Below, piece by piece: positions 46,871-60,036 of a DNA stretch of 64,000 nucleotides. The notes below the pieces were generated by a model. The model was not told the origin of the DNA. It saw only the letters and a program-made list of their open reading frames with translations, and did not search any database. The position numbers and the translations under genes were made by a program. How positions within the stretch are numbered: position 1 is the stretch's first letter; every line of letters starts with the position of its first letter. Source of the stretch: Malacoraja senta (lineage: Eukaryota); NCBI GenBank assembly GCA_038087875.1, contig CM075988.1, positions 4,092,001 through 4,156,000 on the forward strand, given 5' to 3'.

Positions 46871-49561
46871 ACTTATTCCTACTCTTTTTGGCATCTGGAT
46901 TTATTTGCTCAAGTCATCCGGGAAAGTTTAAAATCTATAACCCCTTCATTTAGAATCTTAGAGAGGAACGGGAATAAAGTTGGCACCCTAGGTGAATCAT
47001 ACAATGAGTCTCTCACAATTAGCATCAGTTTATTATTATTAAATTGTATTTTGGAACTTGTAAAAACATTGCATTTTGTGGTGGGATTTCTTGAATCCAG
47101 CCCCTTCACTAATAAAGATAGTTCAGCATTATAAAACAAATGGCCTGGAAATTAGTTTAGATTAGTTTGGAGACACAGAATAGAAACAGGCTTAGAATTG
47201 CATCATTCTTATTTTGGGTATTGAAGCATCTAAAAGGTACAAAAGCTTCAATGCACAACCTCCAGATTGAAAAACAGCTTCTTCTCTGCTCTTTTCACAC
47301 TCTTGAACAGATCTCTCATACGCTAAGGAGGTATCCTGATCTCCCAATCTACTTTGTTCCAGTTCTTGCACTTTATTTTGTTTCAAACTGCGCTTTCTCT
47401 GCAGTTGTAACACCATAGTCTGCACTCTGTTTCATAACTTATAGGAGCAGAAATAGACCATTCGGCCCATCAAGTCTACTGCCATTCAATCATGGCTGAT
47501 CTATCTTTCCCTCTCAACCCCATTCTTCTGCCTTCTCCCCATAACCCCTGACACCTGTACTAATCTAGAATCTGTCATTCTCTGTTTCCTCTACCTGATA
47601 TACTCATGTATGATTTGAATGGATGGGATGACTTGCCTGGATAGCATGCCGAACAAAGTCACTTTCACTGTATCTCAGTACACGACAATAATATATCAAT
47701 ACCAATACTAATAGAAGTCCAGTGTAGTGGACAGTTGAGAACTGCCTTACTAGTGAAGGCAGTCTCCCTGAAGCAATGTTTGAACTGACTGCAAATAAGA
47801 GTCTTGACAGCTGTGTGAAAGTTGTTGCAAAATTGTTGCCCCTGAATGTGCCTGATAGTGCTCACAAACTCTGGTCTAAGCTGTCTGAAGAAGGGTCTCA
47901 ACCCAAAATGTCAACCATTCCTTCTCTCCAGAGATGCTGCCTTTTCCGCTGAGTTACTCCAGCATTTTGTGTCTATCTTTGGCCTAAGTATCAATTCTCA
48001 AAGTGCATTGGAGGCCACAATGGGAAAGAAACATTTTTAGTTCATAAATTCTTAAATTCTCAGAGCAGAATTAGGCCATTCGGCCCATCAAGTCTACTCC
48101 GCCATTCAATCATGGCTGATCTAGCTCTCCCTCCCAACCCCATTCTCCTGCCTTCTTCCCATGAACCCTGACCCCCATGCTAATCAAGAATCTGTCCATC
48201 TCCGCCTTAAAATATTATTTACCCTTATATGATGCCAGGCTCTTTCCAGCCCTCCTGTTCACCTTATCTTTCACCCAGGCCAGGAACCAACAAAACTGGT
48301 GCCTAAAATTCAATTCTCTGTTGACGAGCTGCTTGTCGAGGTCAGTAAATGATGGCAGCACGTTGATTATATGTAAATCCATAACCAGTAATTTCTTGGT
48401 TATTGTCGTGTGAAATAGATGGAGGCTGGTTCTTGTGTTCAGTTTGTGAATCTGGATGTCAAAAGAGTAACTCCTGAGATTACATCTTTAACATTTCTGT
48501 AAAATAGGCGGGTTGATAACGTGGAAGTTACAGACACGCTACCATCCAGTAAACAGGAGCAGCCAGTTTGTCTGTTCCTAGTAAGGTTAACTGATGGGTC
48601 CATCTTGGACAGTCCATCAGGGACAGCTCTTCTTTATAGATCCTCGAGATTCTTCACACGCTGCAAAGAGGGCAAACGGTCTTAGTTTAAGACCACTTTG
48701 GAAAGATGGAAGCTTTGAAAGCCTCAACTCCTTTAGCACAATAGGCTTGACTTTTCTGCTCAGGTCTTTGGAGAGGAACTTAAATCTGCAACCCTTTCAC
48801 ACCGAAGAATGTTTGCAACTCACTAAATTGTGGATTTTAGCAAAGGGATTTGCTTTTAGAGAGATACAGCATGGAAACAGGCCCTGCGGCCCACCCCTGG
48901 ACACTAGAGGTATCCTACACACGAGGGACAATTTACAGAAACCAATTAACCTACAAACCCGGAGATAGACAGAAAAAGCTGGAGTAACTCAGCAACATCA
49001 CTGCAGTAAAGGAGTAGGTGATGCTTTGGGTCAAGACCTTTCTTCAGACTGAGATTCAGGGGAAAGGGAAACAAGAGATATAGACGGAGATATCGAGAGA
49101 TGTAGAACAAATGAATGAAAGATCTGCAGAAAAGTAACGATGATAAAGGAAACAGGCCATTGTCAGCTGTGTGCTAGGTGAAAAGGTGTTACAGACAATG
49201 AGACTCAACAAGACACCTTTGAACTCGAGACGACTTGGGTGGGGGAGGGATGGAGAGAGGGGGGATGTAAGGGTAGCCAAGTCACAAAATGCCCTAAAAT
49301 GCTGGACTAACTCAATGGGTCTGGCAACATCTCTGAAGAACGTGGATAGGCGATGTTTTGGATCAGGTCCCAGAAGAAGTATCCCTACCCAAGAATGAAG
49401 GGGGGAGCTGGTGGGGGCTGCCAGTGGCCACGGTCGATGACAGGCCTGGTTCACCGCTGCGAGCAGAAGATAAAACTGTTCAATAAACTTTCTTGTGACT
49501 TTGTCAGTGCCAGAAAGCTGGCCACTCTTGTGTACTGCCTAGATGAAGTCATGTGACTTTA

Positions 49562-50286
49562 TAATAATCATAATCGTAATTTATTAGCCAAGTATGTTTC
49601 GCAACATACGAGGAATTTGGTTTGCCATATAGTTATACAAAAAAAGCAACGTCACACAACCACATAAAAATTTGATATAAACATCCACCACAGCGGCTTC
49701 TCCACATTCCCCACTGTGATGGAAGGGAATAAAGTCATCTTCGTTCCTCCTTTTCTCCCGTGGTTGGGAAAGTCAAACCATCCGCAGTCGGGGCGATTGA
49801 AGCCCCTGCAGCCGGCGATTGAAGCTCCCACGTCGGGGTGATCGAAGCTCCCGTGATTGGGGCGGTCAAAGCTCCCGCAGCTTGGAGCTCCCGAAGCCGG
49901 TAACCAGGGACCGCGAGCTCCATGACTTTAAAGACCGCAGGCTCCCATGGTTGGAGCTTCCGAGATCGATCCCTGGCAAAGGGATAACAAGCTCCACGAT
50001 GTTTAGTCTGCAGGCTCCCATGGTTGGAGCTCCCGAGATCCCAACAAGAGGCCACCAGCTCCACGATGTTAGGCCGCAGTGCGGACGGAGATATGACACG
50101 GAAAAAGTCGCATCTCCCTCCAGGAAAGAGATTTTAAAAGTTTACCCGACCCCCCTCCCCCACCCCCCATATAACACAAAACTAAAGATAAATGAAAACA
50201 TACATTTTACAAAACTAAAAACACATCGAAGGAAAAAGACAAGACAGACCGTTGGCAAGGCAGCCATCGTGCGGTGCCCCCTGGTA
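49562..50286 (-). mobile_element. Non-coding ~700-bp retroposon-like element
   Basis: Homologous end to end with 38995-39672; internal GC-rich agctccc repeats; (ataatc)n tail at the left end. Confidence 0.75.
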
Positions 50287-50678
50287 TCTTATCTACACAT
50301 TGATTGATTGATTGATTCATCCACTCATTCATTCATTGACTGATTCATTGATTGAAAGATACAACAGGAAAATAGCCCTTCGGCTCACTGAGTCCACGCC
50401 GATTATAAACCACCCATTCACAATAGTTCTATATTATCCGACTTACTCATCCACCCCAGACAGACCGAGGGAAATTTACAAGAGGCCAATAAACCCACAT
50501 ACCCACAGGTCTTTGGGATGTGGTAGGAAGCCAGGGCACCCAGAGGAAACCCACGCGGTCGCAGGGAGAACGTAGAAACTCCACAAAGACAGTACCTGAG
50601 GTCGGGATCAAAGCTGGATCTAACAACTGTGCCACTGTTGCTCTCCATGATATTATGATCATATCCTACACTTTAAAA

Positions 50679-52991
50679 AATATATATTTTTATTTTATTA
50701 GAAGTAAGTACAGTAATATGGCACCAAGGTGCCTAATATATATTGGCAGGTTACATTTTATGTACAGCTTCTTATTTTTTTTTTTAAATAATGAAAGAGA
50801 GAAAGAGAGAATAGATAATAAAAGATAGAAATACGTGTGATATATGGTGTGTGAAAAGGAGAAAGGGGGGAAAGAGGGAAAGTGAAGAAAGGAAAAGGAG
50901 AGAGAAAGAGAAAGAGTAGAGAGTAGGAAATTAAGGAGATTGTTATTTATATTCTTGACCATCCTTCACCCAGTCCTGAAACAGTTAGTTTCTACGATTT
51001 TGTTGCACCATATGCTTCCAAAAAGTCGATAAATGGAGACCAACTCATTAAGAATTGGTCTGATTTATCTATTAGGAAGAATCGCATTTCTTCAAGATGT
51101 GCAGTCCAACATGTTTGAAATCCACATTTTAAGCGTTGGTATGGGTGTATTTTTCCAAAATTTAAGTATAGTTTTTTTTGCCGTTATTAACCCATAATTA
51201 AAAAATGAATTTTGAAATGTGTTCAATTTGTTTCCGTCTTCCATTACTCCAAATATAATCATTTTAGTGTTAGGTTCCATTTTTATCTTGAATAATTTTG
51301 TAAATATTTCAAAGATATCACTCCAGAATTTATAAAGTTTTATGCAGGAAACAAAAGAGTGTGTTATAGTGGCATTTTGGGATAGACATTTATCACAAAT
51401 GGTGGAAGTATTTGGATAGAATTTATTCAGTCTAGTTTTTGAATAATATAATCTATGTAAAATTTTAAATTGAATGAAGTTATGTCTTACATTAATTGAA
51501 CATTTGTGTATATATATCAAATACTTTTCCCATGTTTCATTCATGATTTTTACCATTAATTCTCGTTCCCAATCTTCTCTAAGTGCCTCTGTCGATGGTA
51601 GTTCTATATTTAAAATACTATTATATAAATATGATATTAATTTCTGTGTCAGCCTTAATATTCATTGCTTCTTCCAGTGGATCTAAAGTTATATTTTGAT
51701 GTCTTTGTATGTATTTCTTCATGAAGTTGCAGATCTGAAGATATTTAAAATATTGGTTATTTTTCAGTTTAAATTTTAATTGTAATTGTTGGAATGATGA
51801 CAGATTTCCCATTTCATACATATCACCGATCCTTTTAATTCCCATTCTTTCCCATTGATTATATGTTTTATCAATTAGAGATGGTTTAAATGCAGGATTA
51901 TTCACTATTGGCGTTAACAATGATAGGTTTCTTAATTTTAAAGCTAATTTTATTTGTTTCCAAATTCTTATTGTATTATGTATAATTGGGTTATTCTTAT
52001 ATATTGTGTTGTTCAGTTTTATCGGGGAGAAGAGGATCGCTCCTATGTTACAAGGAGAACAATCCTCTTTCTCCATTCTTATCCATTCTATCTGTTGGGT
52101 AGGACTGTCCAACCAATAAATTATATTCTTAATATGCACTGCCCAATAATAATACAAAAAGTTCGGAAGTGAAAGTCCCCCAACGTCTTTGGGTTTACAC
52201 AAGTGTTTTCTTTGAATTCTATGTGATCTATAGTCCCAAATAAAATTGGTAATATTAGAGTCTAGTTTTTTGAAAACGTTTTTTGGTATATATAATGGTA
52301 TAGATTGAAATAGGTATAAAATTGTGGTAAAAAGATCATTTTTATAGCGTTTATTCTGCCTATTATTGACAACGGAAGTGTTTTCCAGAATTTAATCAAC
52401 GCGTTCAGTTTATTTAATAAAGGCATAAAATTAGCATTAAATAATGCTTTGTATTTTCTAGTAATTTGAATACACAAATACTTAAATTTTTCTGTTGCAA
52501 TTTTAAAGGGGAATTTTAATAAGTGTGTAGATTCTTGAGGTTTTAACGTCATGATTTCACCTTTATTCCAATTTATTCTATATCCAGAAAAATAACCAAA
52601 TTCCTCTATTAAATTTAATAAGTTTGGTATGCTCGTTTGTGAATTTGTAATGTATAGAAATATATCGTCTGCGTATAATGGAATTTTATTATTTGAGTCC
52701 TTAGTATTATATCCCCGAATATTCAGATGAGTTCTTATACTTTCAGCCAAGGGCTCTATCATAAGGGCAAATAGCAGGGGTGATAAAGCACATCCATGCC
52801 TATTGCCCCTTTATAATTGAAATTTTGGAGACAACATATTATTAGTTAATATTCTTGCCATCGGTTTATCATATAATAATTTTACCCATACAATAAAATT
52901 CTCTCCCATATTAAAATTTTGCAGTACTTTATATAAATACTGCCACTCTACCTGATCAAATGCTTTCTCTGCGTCCAGAGAAACAATTGAT
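50679..52991 (-). mobile_element. L1-clade LINE, 5' truncated (RT, C-terminal domain, 3' UTR), frameshifted
   Basis: SLDAEKAFDQVEWQYL, GCALSPLLFAL, KIPLYADD, GYRINWNK, GGLSLPNF, FIQFKILHRLYY, CDKC..HSFVSC; TSD atatcctacactttaaaa at 50661-50678 and 52992-53009. Confidence 0.92.
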
Positions 52992-53072
52992 ATATCCTAC
53001 ACTTTAAAAGTGGACAAAAATGCTGTAGAAACTCAGCCGGTGAGGCAGCATCTGTGGAGCGAAGGAATAGGC

Positions 53073-53100
53073 GACGTTTCGGGTCGAGACCCTTCTTCAG
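53073..53100 (-). ncRNA. Putative minimal hammerhead ribozyme
   Basis: Exact core CTGAAGAAGGGTCTCGACCCGAAACGTC within a ~110-bp pLTR insert. Confidence 0.68.
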
Positions 53101-53127
53101 ACTCCTCCTTAAACATATCCTACACGT

Positions 53128-53456
53128 TAGTTTAGTTATGCTTAGTTTAGAGATACAGCACGGAAACAGGCCCATTGGCCCACCGAGTCCATACCAACCA
53201 GCGATCCCCGCAGATTAACACTATCCTACACACACATTAGGAACAATTTCTTACACATACCAAACCAACTAACCTACATACCTGTACGTCTTTGGAGTGT
53301 GGGAGGAAATCGAAGATCTCGGAGAAAACCCAGGCGGTCACGGGGAGAACGTACAAACTCCATACAGACAGCACCCGTTGTCAGAATCGAACCCGGGTCC
53401 CTGGCCCTGCAAGCGCTGTAAAGCAGCAACTCTACCGTTGCGCCACTGTGCTGCCA
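53128..53456 (-). mobile_element. HE1-like SINE
   Basis: Full reverse-complement body with (ttag)n tail. Confidence 0.85.
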
Positions 53457-53659
53457 CTTCATGACATAATGAGCATTATTCCTTGACTACACCCATTGAC
53501 ACTTTGTCCATTCACTCCAGCTCACTCACTGCCTAAATTATACTGATTAAAAAATTTATCAGGAGAGATTCTTCTCCTTTGACCCTTACTTTGGTATAAT
53601 TCCACATTACTGAGGCGTTGCCCTCACCCAGTTTCACCACACTACAGCTCTCATGTATA

Positions 53660-54252
53660 TAAACATATAAACATAGAAAATAGGTGCAGAGGAGGTCATT
53701 CGGCCCTTCGAGCCAGCACCGCCATTCATTGTGATCATGGCTGATCGTCCCCAATCAATAACCCGTGCATGCCTTCTCCCCATATCCCTTGATTCCACTA
53801 GCCCCTCGAGCTTTATCTAACTCTCTCTTAAATCCATCCAGTGATTTGGCCTCCACTGCCCTCTGTGGCAGGGAATTCCACAAATTCACAACTCTCTGGG
53901 TGAAAAAGATTTTCTCACCTCAGTCTTAAATGGCCTCCCCTTTATTCTAAGACTGTGGCCCCTGGTTCTGGACTCGCCCACCATTGGGAACATTTTTTCC
54001 TGCATCAAGCTTGTCCAATCCTTTTATAATTTTATATGTTTCTATAAGATCCCCTCATCCTTCTAAACTCCAGTGAATAAAAGCCTTGTCTTTTCAATCT
54101 TTCCTCATATGACAGTCCCGCCATACTAGGGATCAATCTTATGAACCTACACTGCACTGCCTCAATCACAAGGATGTCCTTCCTCAAATTAGGAGACCAA
54201 AACTGTACACTATACTCCAGATGTGGTCTCACCAGAGCCCTATACAGCTGCA
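53660..54252 (-). mobile_element. CR1 3' fragment
   Basis: LYRALVRPHLEYSVQFWSPNLRKDILVIEAVQCRFIRLIP...; CR1 tail. Confidence 0.9.
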
Positions 54253-54920
54253 GACTGTATCTCTCTAATTCCGTTGCAGATTTGCCTCTCTCGTCCCCTT
54301 CGCTATCTCGGTGACCAATACTATATCTCTTCAAGCAATGAGCTTTGGCCTTGGCCCCTCAAAGACATCATCTCTTTCTGGCTGGAAAATATCATCCTTA
54401 ATCAGTATTTCCACCCTGTCTCCTTTCTTCCCAACTTATCTTTTCTTAACACCTTTTATCAAGGAATATTAGGTGCCTGATCCTCTCTTTACTTGAGCCA
54501 GTGTTTCCATTATCACCACAATATCACACTTTCACACAGATGTCTGTGGCTCACTAACGTCATTCACCACACTTGGTGAGTTTGCAAACACTTATTTTAA
54601 ACCTGTCTTTGACCCGCAACTCGACTACTTTCCGATTCCTATATTACCTAACAGTTTCATCTTGCGATAGACAAAAAATGCTGGAGTAACTCAGCGGGAC
54701 AGGCAGCATCTGTGGAGAGAAGGAATGGGTGACGTTTCGGGTCGCGACCCTTCTTCAGACCCGAAACATCACCCATTCTTTCTCTCCAGAGTTATTCCAG
54801 TATTTTGTGTCTATCTTCGGTTTAAACCAGCATCTGCAGTTCCTTCCTACACAGTTCAATCTTGTGCATCTTATTCCTCTATTTTACCACTTGCTGAACC
54901 ACCCTTTGTTTAGTGTAAGT

Positions 54921-55127
54921 CAAGGGTTCCCAACCTGGGGTAAATTACACCTACCCAGGGGGTAAATTTGTTGATTCTGGATTTGTACATATTTTTTCTC
55001 ATTGACTGACTATGTTTGGTTCTGGTATCTGTTCATCATTAGTTGTTCATAAATAAGTGAAATAACATTGTTATGTGCTATTAAAGTTGCCCGGGGTAAA
55101 CGGGACGAAAAAGGTTGAGAACCCCTG
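54921..55127. mobile_element. hAT (Charlie-type) MITE
   Basis: TIRs caagggttcccaacct / aggttgagaacccctg; 8-bp TSD gtgtaagt (54913-54920) / gtttaagt (55128-55135). Confidence 0.88.
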
Positions 55128-55194
55128 GTTTAAGTGAACTCCATCTATCCCACTGGACTTCATGAGTTTTTTTTTAGTTACAACATGGAAGACT

Positions 55195-55870
55195 CCTGCT
55201 CATTGACGGCAGCTCTGCTTTCCATACCATTATCCCATCCAAGTTTATCTCCAAACTAGTGGAACTTGAAGTCAGCACACCCCTCTACAACTGGAGGAGA
55301 GGTGACAAATCATCCTCTCCGATAATCCTCAACACTGGTGCCCCGCAAGGATGTGTTCTCAGCCCCCCTTCTATACTCCTTCTATACTCATTACTGTGAA
55401 GCCAAATACCAACCCAACTCAATTTACACATGTGCAGATAACACTACCGTAGTGGGTTGGATATCAAATAATGATGAGACGGGGTACAGGATGGAGATTG
55501 AGAAACTCATAACCTGGTGACAAGACCACAACCTCTCACTCAATGGCAGGAAGACAAAGGAGATTGTGATCGACTTCAGGATTCACAGCGATACACATTA
55601 CCAGTATACACTGATAGCACCTTAGTATCATACAACACCAATCTGTCCTGGATCTTCTACATCAAAGCTATGGCCAAGAAAGCCTTTGAATTATCTTTAA
55701 TTAGGCATCAATGTTATATCTTGCTCTGAATGTTGTATCCTTTGTCCTTTATCTGGGCTCTGTGGATGGCTCGATTATATTCATGTGTTCAATCCACTGA
55801 CTGGACAGCATGCAACAGAAAGCTTTTCACTGTTCCTTGGTACATATGACAATAATAAACTAAACTAAAC
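55195..55870 (+). mobile_element. Rex1/Babar RT remnant and 3' tail
   Basis: NTGAPQGCVLSP, LYSFYTHYC, ADNTTVVGWISNNDETGYRMEIEKL; tail tgacaataataaactaaac. Confidence 0.78.
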
Positions 55871-57732
55871 TATATTTATATGTGCAGGAAGGAACTGAAG
55901 ATGCTGGTTTACACTGAAGATAGACACATAATGCTCTAACTTCAAGTAACCCTTGCTTTCCCTCTCTCTCCATCCCTCCCCCATCCTAGTTCTCCGACTA
56001 GTCTGACTGTCCTCCTCATTTAAATTTGATCTTTGCATACTTCGTTGTCACCTTCCCCAAGCTAACAATGATCTATTCTACATTTCCCTTGAATTTTCAC
56101 ACCTCACCCTTCCATATCTCTGTGTCTCCCTCTCCCCTGACTCACAGTCAGAAGATGGGTCTCGGCTTGAAACGTCACCCATTCCTTCTACCCAGAGATG
56201 TTGCCTGTCCCGCTGAGTTACTCCAGCATTTTGTCATACTAAACTAAACTAAACTAAACTTAGATTCAGATGTCTGACCCAATCCTTTCCATTCCCCATG
56301 GCCTTGAATTTGTGCAATAATCATTTCATATCTCCAGAAGCCACCACCAGTAGGGGGACCCAGCTGGGAACCTCCGCTCTCAGAAGAACCAGTAACATCT
56401 CCTCTAATCTCATAAGTTGACACACCCGAGGCACTTTGTCCATGTAGTGAATCACCAGCCAAGAGTGGCTGAGTCTCAGATATGAAAGACCAGTGACCAG
56501 GAGAGCAAACTTGAGAGCAAACTTGTACTTTGACTATAGAAGACTCAGATGTGAACTGCAGTTGGTTGACTTATGGATGATGAGCATGCACTTTGAGATG
56601 CATTGGGATGTTGTTTGGCCAGTTGGAAACCACACATAAGATGGGGCCGTCCAACTGTAACCTTGCACTTGGAGACCATTCTTTCCAACTGCCCCGACTC
56701 ATCTCCCACAGATTCAACCACTGTCCAGCATGGCGGAGTAGACTTGATGAGATGAACGGCCTAATTCTACTGCCATCCCTTATGACCTTATGACCCTATG
56801 ATCTACTCCAGCGTTTTGTCTACCTTCGGTTTAAACCAGCATCTGCAGTTCCTTCCTGAACCTTGTGAGGTTTCTCTGGAGGGCATCTCTGGAGGATATG
56901 AACCACCTGAGCCACTTGGTTACTCCACCACTTTGGTGTCTTTCCCTCTAAACCTTTCCTGTCAATGTCCCCAATTCTTCAATGTGCATGCCGGTGGATT
57001 CTCTGCCCTATATCGCCCACCAGCTTGGTTATCCGTAACCATTGTAGCTCCCTGTTCCATGATTGAAAGGCCTTTATGGATGTTACAGCATTCCAGGAAT
57101 CTCCGTGCAGCAGAACAGATTGTACAGCGGACTTCCTATCTCGAGAGAGTGATCTCGTGTCCGCTCCACACTCGGGTTAACGGACGATATGCTCCCAACA
57201 CTTCCCCACCTGGGCGGGCATCAGCTGTGGACATCAGTCAGCCAGCTGGCACCTCTGGCCAGATGGTACAAGCTGAAACTGAGCCACGAGGGCCCAGTGC
57301 TGCTCTAGGTTGCCTTTATGGCCATCTGCTCCCTCCTCCACTGCAAGCATCCACCATCTCCACTCAAGCCAGTGGGACTCGTCGTCATTGTGTAGGGACT
57401 GTGCAGAAGTGGCAGGCCAAGCGAAAGCATGTGTCATAGAGTCATACCGTGATACATTTTGGAAACAGGCACTTCAGCCCAACTTGCCCATGCCGACCAG
57501 CATGTCCCAGCTACACTAGTCCCACCTGCCCACATTTGGTCCATACCCCTCTAAACCTGTCCTATCCAAGTACCTGTCAACATGTATATGCGGTAGTCAG
57601 CCACCAAGGGAGGAGGATAGGATGATCAGTCTGCAGTTGTACCATTTTTGGTTGGATGCACAACTAACTTCATTTGTTTATTGATTTGCTTATGACTTGA
57701 TGAGAATGGGAATCGCAGAGATGATCAGAGAT

Positions 57733-58040
57733 TTTAGTTTAGTTTAGTTTAGAGATACAGCACGGAAACAGGCCCTTCAGCCAACTGAGTCCACACTGAC
57801 CAGCCATCCCCATACACTAACACTATCCTACACACACACGGGACAATTTACATTTATACCAAGCCAATAAACCTACCAACCAGTACGTCTTTGGAATGTG
57901 GGAGGAAACCGGAGCATCCGGAGAAAATCTACATAGTCGCAGGGAGAACGTACAAACTCCGTTCAGACAGCACCTGTAGTCAGGATCGAACCTAAGTCTC
58001 TGTCAGGCAGTAACTCTACCGCTACGCCACAGTGCCACCC
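57733..58040 (-). mobile_element. HE1-like SINE
   Basis: (tttag)n tail and reverse-complement body and head. Confidence 0.85.
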
Positions 58041-58414
58041 ACTATTGGTGAATAGTCTCTGTAGTCTCATGTGTCTCCATACGCATGAATCTACTGGTAG
58101 AAACAAAGAGCCCTAGGTGCTGGTTTCCTATAAAGGACACAAAGTGCTGGAGTCAATCAGCAGGTCAGGCAGCATCTCCTGAGAACATGGACAGATGGAT
58201 TTTCTGTCTTCTTCAGGCTAATTTTTGGAGGGGGAAGAGGGAGGAAGTAAGAAAGATAGAGGCAGGACAAATGTGGCAGGTAATAGGTGAACACAGACAG
58301 GGAGTGGGGATTGATAGGCAGATGGTTGGACAAAGGCCTGAGTTTTAAAAAACAGTAGGCGTAAAACAAAAGGATTGAAGAGCTGCGAATTGGGAAGCCA
58401 GAGTAAGGAATGTA

Positions 58415-60036
58415 CAGTGCCCTGCATACTGTTTGGGACAAAGATCCATCATTTATTTATTTACCTCTGTACTCCACAAATTTGAGATTTGTAATTTAAA
58501 AAATCACATGTGGTTAAAGCGCACATTGTCAGATTTTATTAAAGGGTATTTTTATACATTTTGGTTTCACCATGTAGAAATTACATCTGTGTTTATACAT
58601 AGTCCCCCTATTTCAGGGCACCATAATGTTTGGGACACATGGCTTCATAAACGTTTGTAATTGCTCAGGTGTGTTTAATTGCCTCCTTAATGCAGGTAAA
58701 AGAGAGCTCTCAGCACCTAGTCTTTCCTCCAGTCTTTCCATCACCTTTGCAAAGTTTTATTGCTGTTTATCAATACGAGGACCAAAGTTATGCCAATGAA
58801 AGTCAAAGAAGCCATTATGAGACTGAGAAACTAGAATAAAACTGTTAGAGACATCAGCCAAACCTTAGGCTTACCAAAATCAACTGTTTGGAACATCATT
58901 AAGAAGAAAGAGAGCATTGGTGAGCTTACTAATCGCAAAAGGACTGGCAGGCCAAGGAAGACCTCTTCAGCTGATGACAATAGAATTCTCTCTATAATAA
59001 AGAAAAATCTCCAAACACCTGTCCGACAGATCAGAAACCTCTTCAGGTGTGGATTTGTCAATGACTACTGTCTGCAGAAGTCTTCATGAACAGAAATACA
59101 GAGGCTATACTGCAAGATGCAAACCACAGCTCGACTGCAAAAATAGGTTGGCCAGGTTACAGTTTGCCAAGAAGTACTTAAAAGAGCAATCACAGTTCTG
59201 GACAAAGGTCTTGTGGACAGATGAGACTAAGATTAAATTATATCAGAGTGATGGCAAGAGAAAAGTATGGAGGAGAGAAGGAACTGCCCAAGATCCAAAG
59301 CATACCACCTTGTCTGTGAAACACAGTGGTGGGGGTGTTATGGCCTGGGCATGTATGGCTGCTGAAGGTACTGGCTCACTTATCTTCATTGATAATACAA
59401 CTGCTGATGGTAGTAGCAATATGAATTCTAGTATAAAGACACATCCTATCTGCTCAAGTTCAATCAAATGCCTCAAAACTCAAAATTCTACAGCAAGACA
59501 ATGATCCCAAACATACTGCTAAAGCAACAAAGGAGTTTGACAAAATGAAAAAATGATCAATTCTTGAATGGCCAAGTTAATCACCTGATCTTAACCCAAT
59601 TGAGCATGCCTTTTATATGCTGAAGAGAAAACACAAGGGGACTAGCCCCCAAAACAAGCATAAGCTAAAGATGGCTGCAATACAGTCCTGGCAGAGCATC
59701 ACCAGAGAAGACACCTAGCAACTGGTGATGTCCATGAATCGGAGACTTCAAGCAGTCATTTGTTTTCAAGAGTATGCAACACAATACTAAACATGACTAC
59801 TTTCATTTACATGACATTGCTGTGTCCCAAATATGATGGTGCCCTGAAATGGGGGGACGATGTATAAACACTGCTGTAATTTCTACATGGTGAAACCAGA
59901 ATGTATAAAAATGGCCTTTATTAAAATCTGACAATCTGACATGCGATTTTTTTTCTATTGCAACTCTCAAATTGTGGAGTGCAGAGGCAAATAAATAAAT
60001 GATCGGTCTTTGTCCCAAACATTATGGAGGGCACTG
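58415..60036 (+). mobile_element. Tc1-like DNA transposon (IR/DR type), full length, inactive
   Basis: TA TSD (58413-58414 and 60037-60038); termini cagtgccct / agggcactg; ~220-bp TIRs with inner direct repeats (cataatgtttgggaca at ~58622; inverse at ~59822). Confidence 0.95.
58774..59790 (+). pseudogene. Tc1 DD34E transposase remnant
   Basis: GRPRKTS, KVLWTDETKI, VKHSGGGVMAWAC, QQDNDPKHTAK, WPS*SPDLNPIEH; 34 residues between the second D and E by hand count; stops, frameshifts and a small deletion. Confidence 0.92.

Noticed and set aside
49819..50307. 162-aa ORF
   Set aside because: Antisense to the GC-rich non-coding repeat; no comparable ORF in the sister copy at 38995-39672.
56798..57439. 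213-aa ORF
   Set aside because: Starts inside a Penelope pLTR fragment; no recognisable domain or convincing splice structure.
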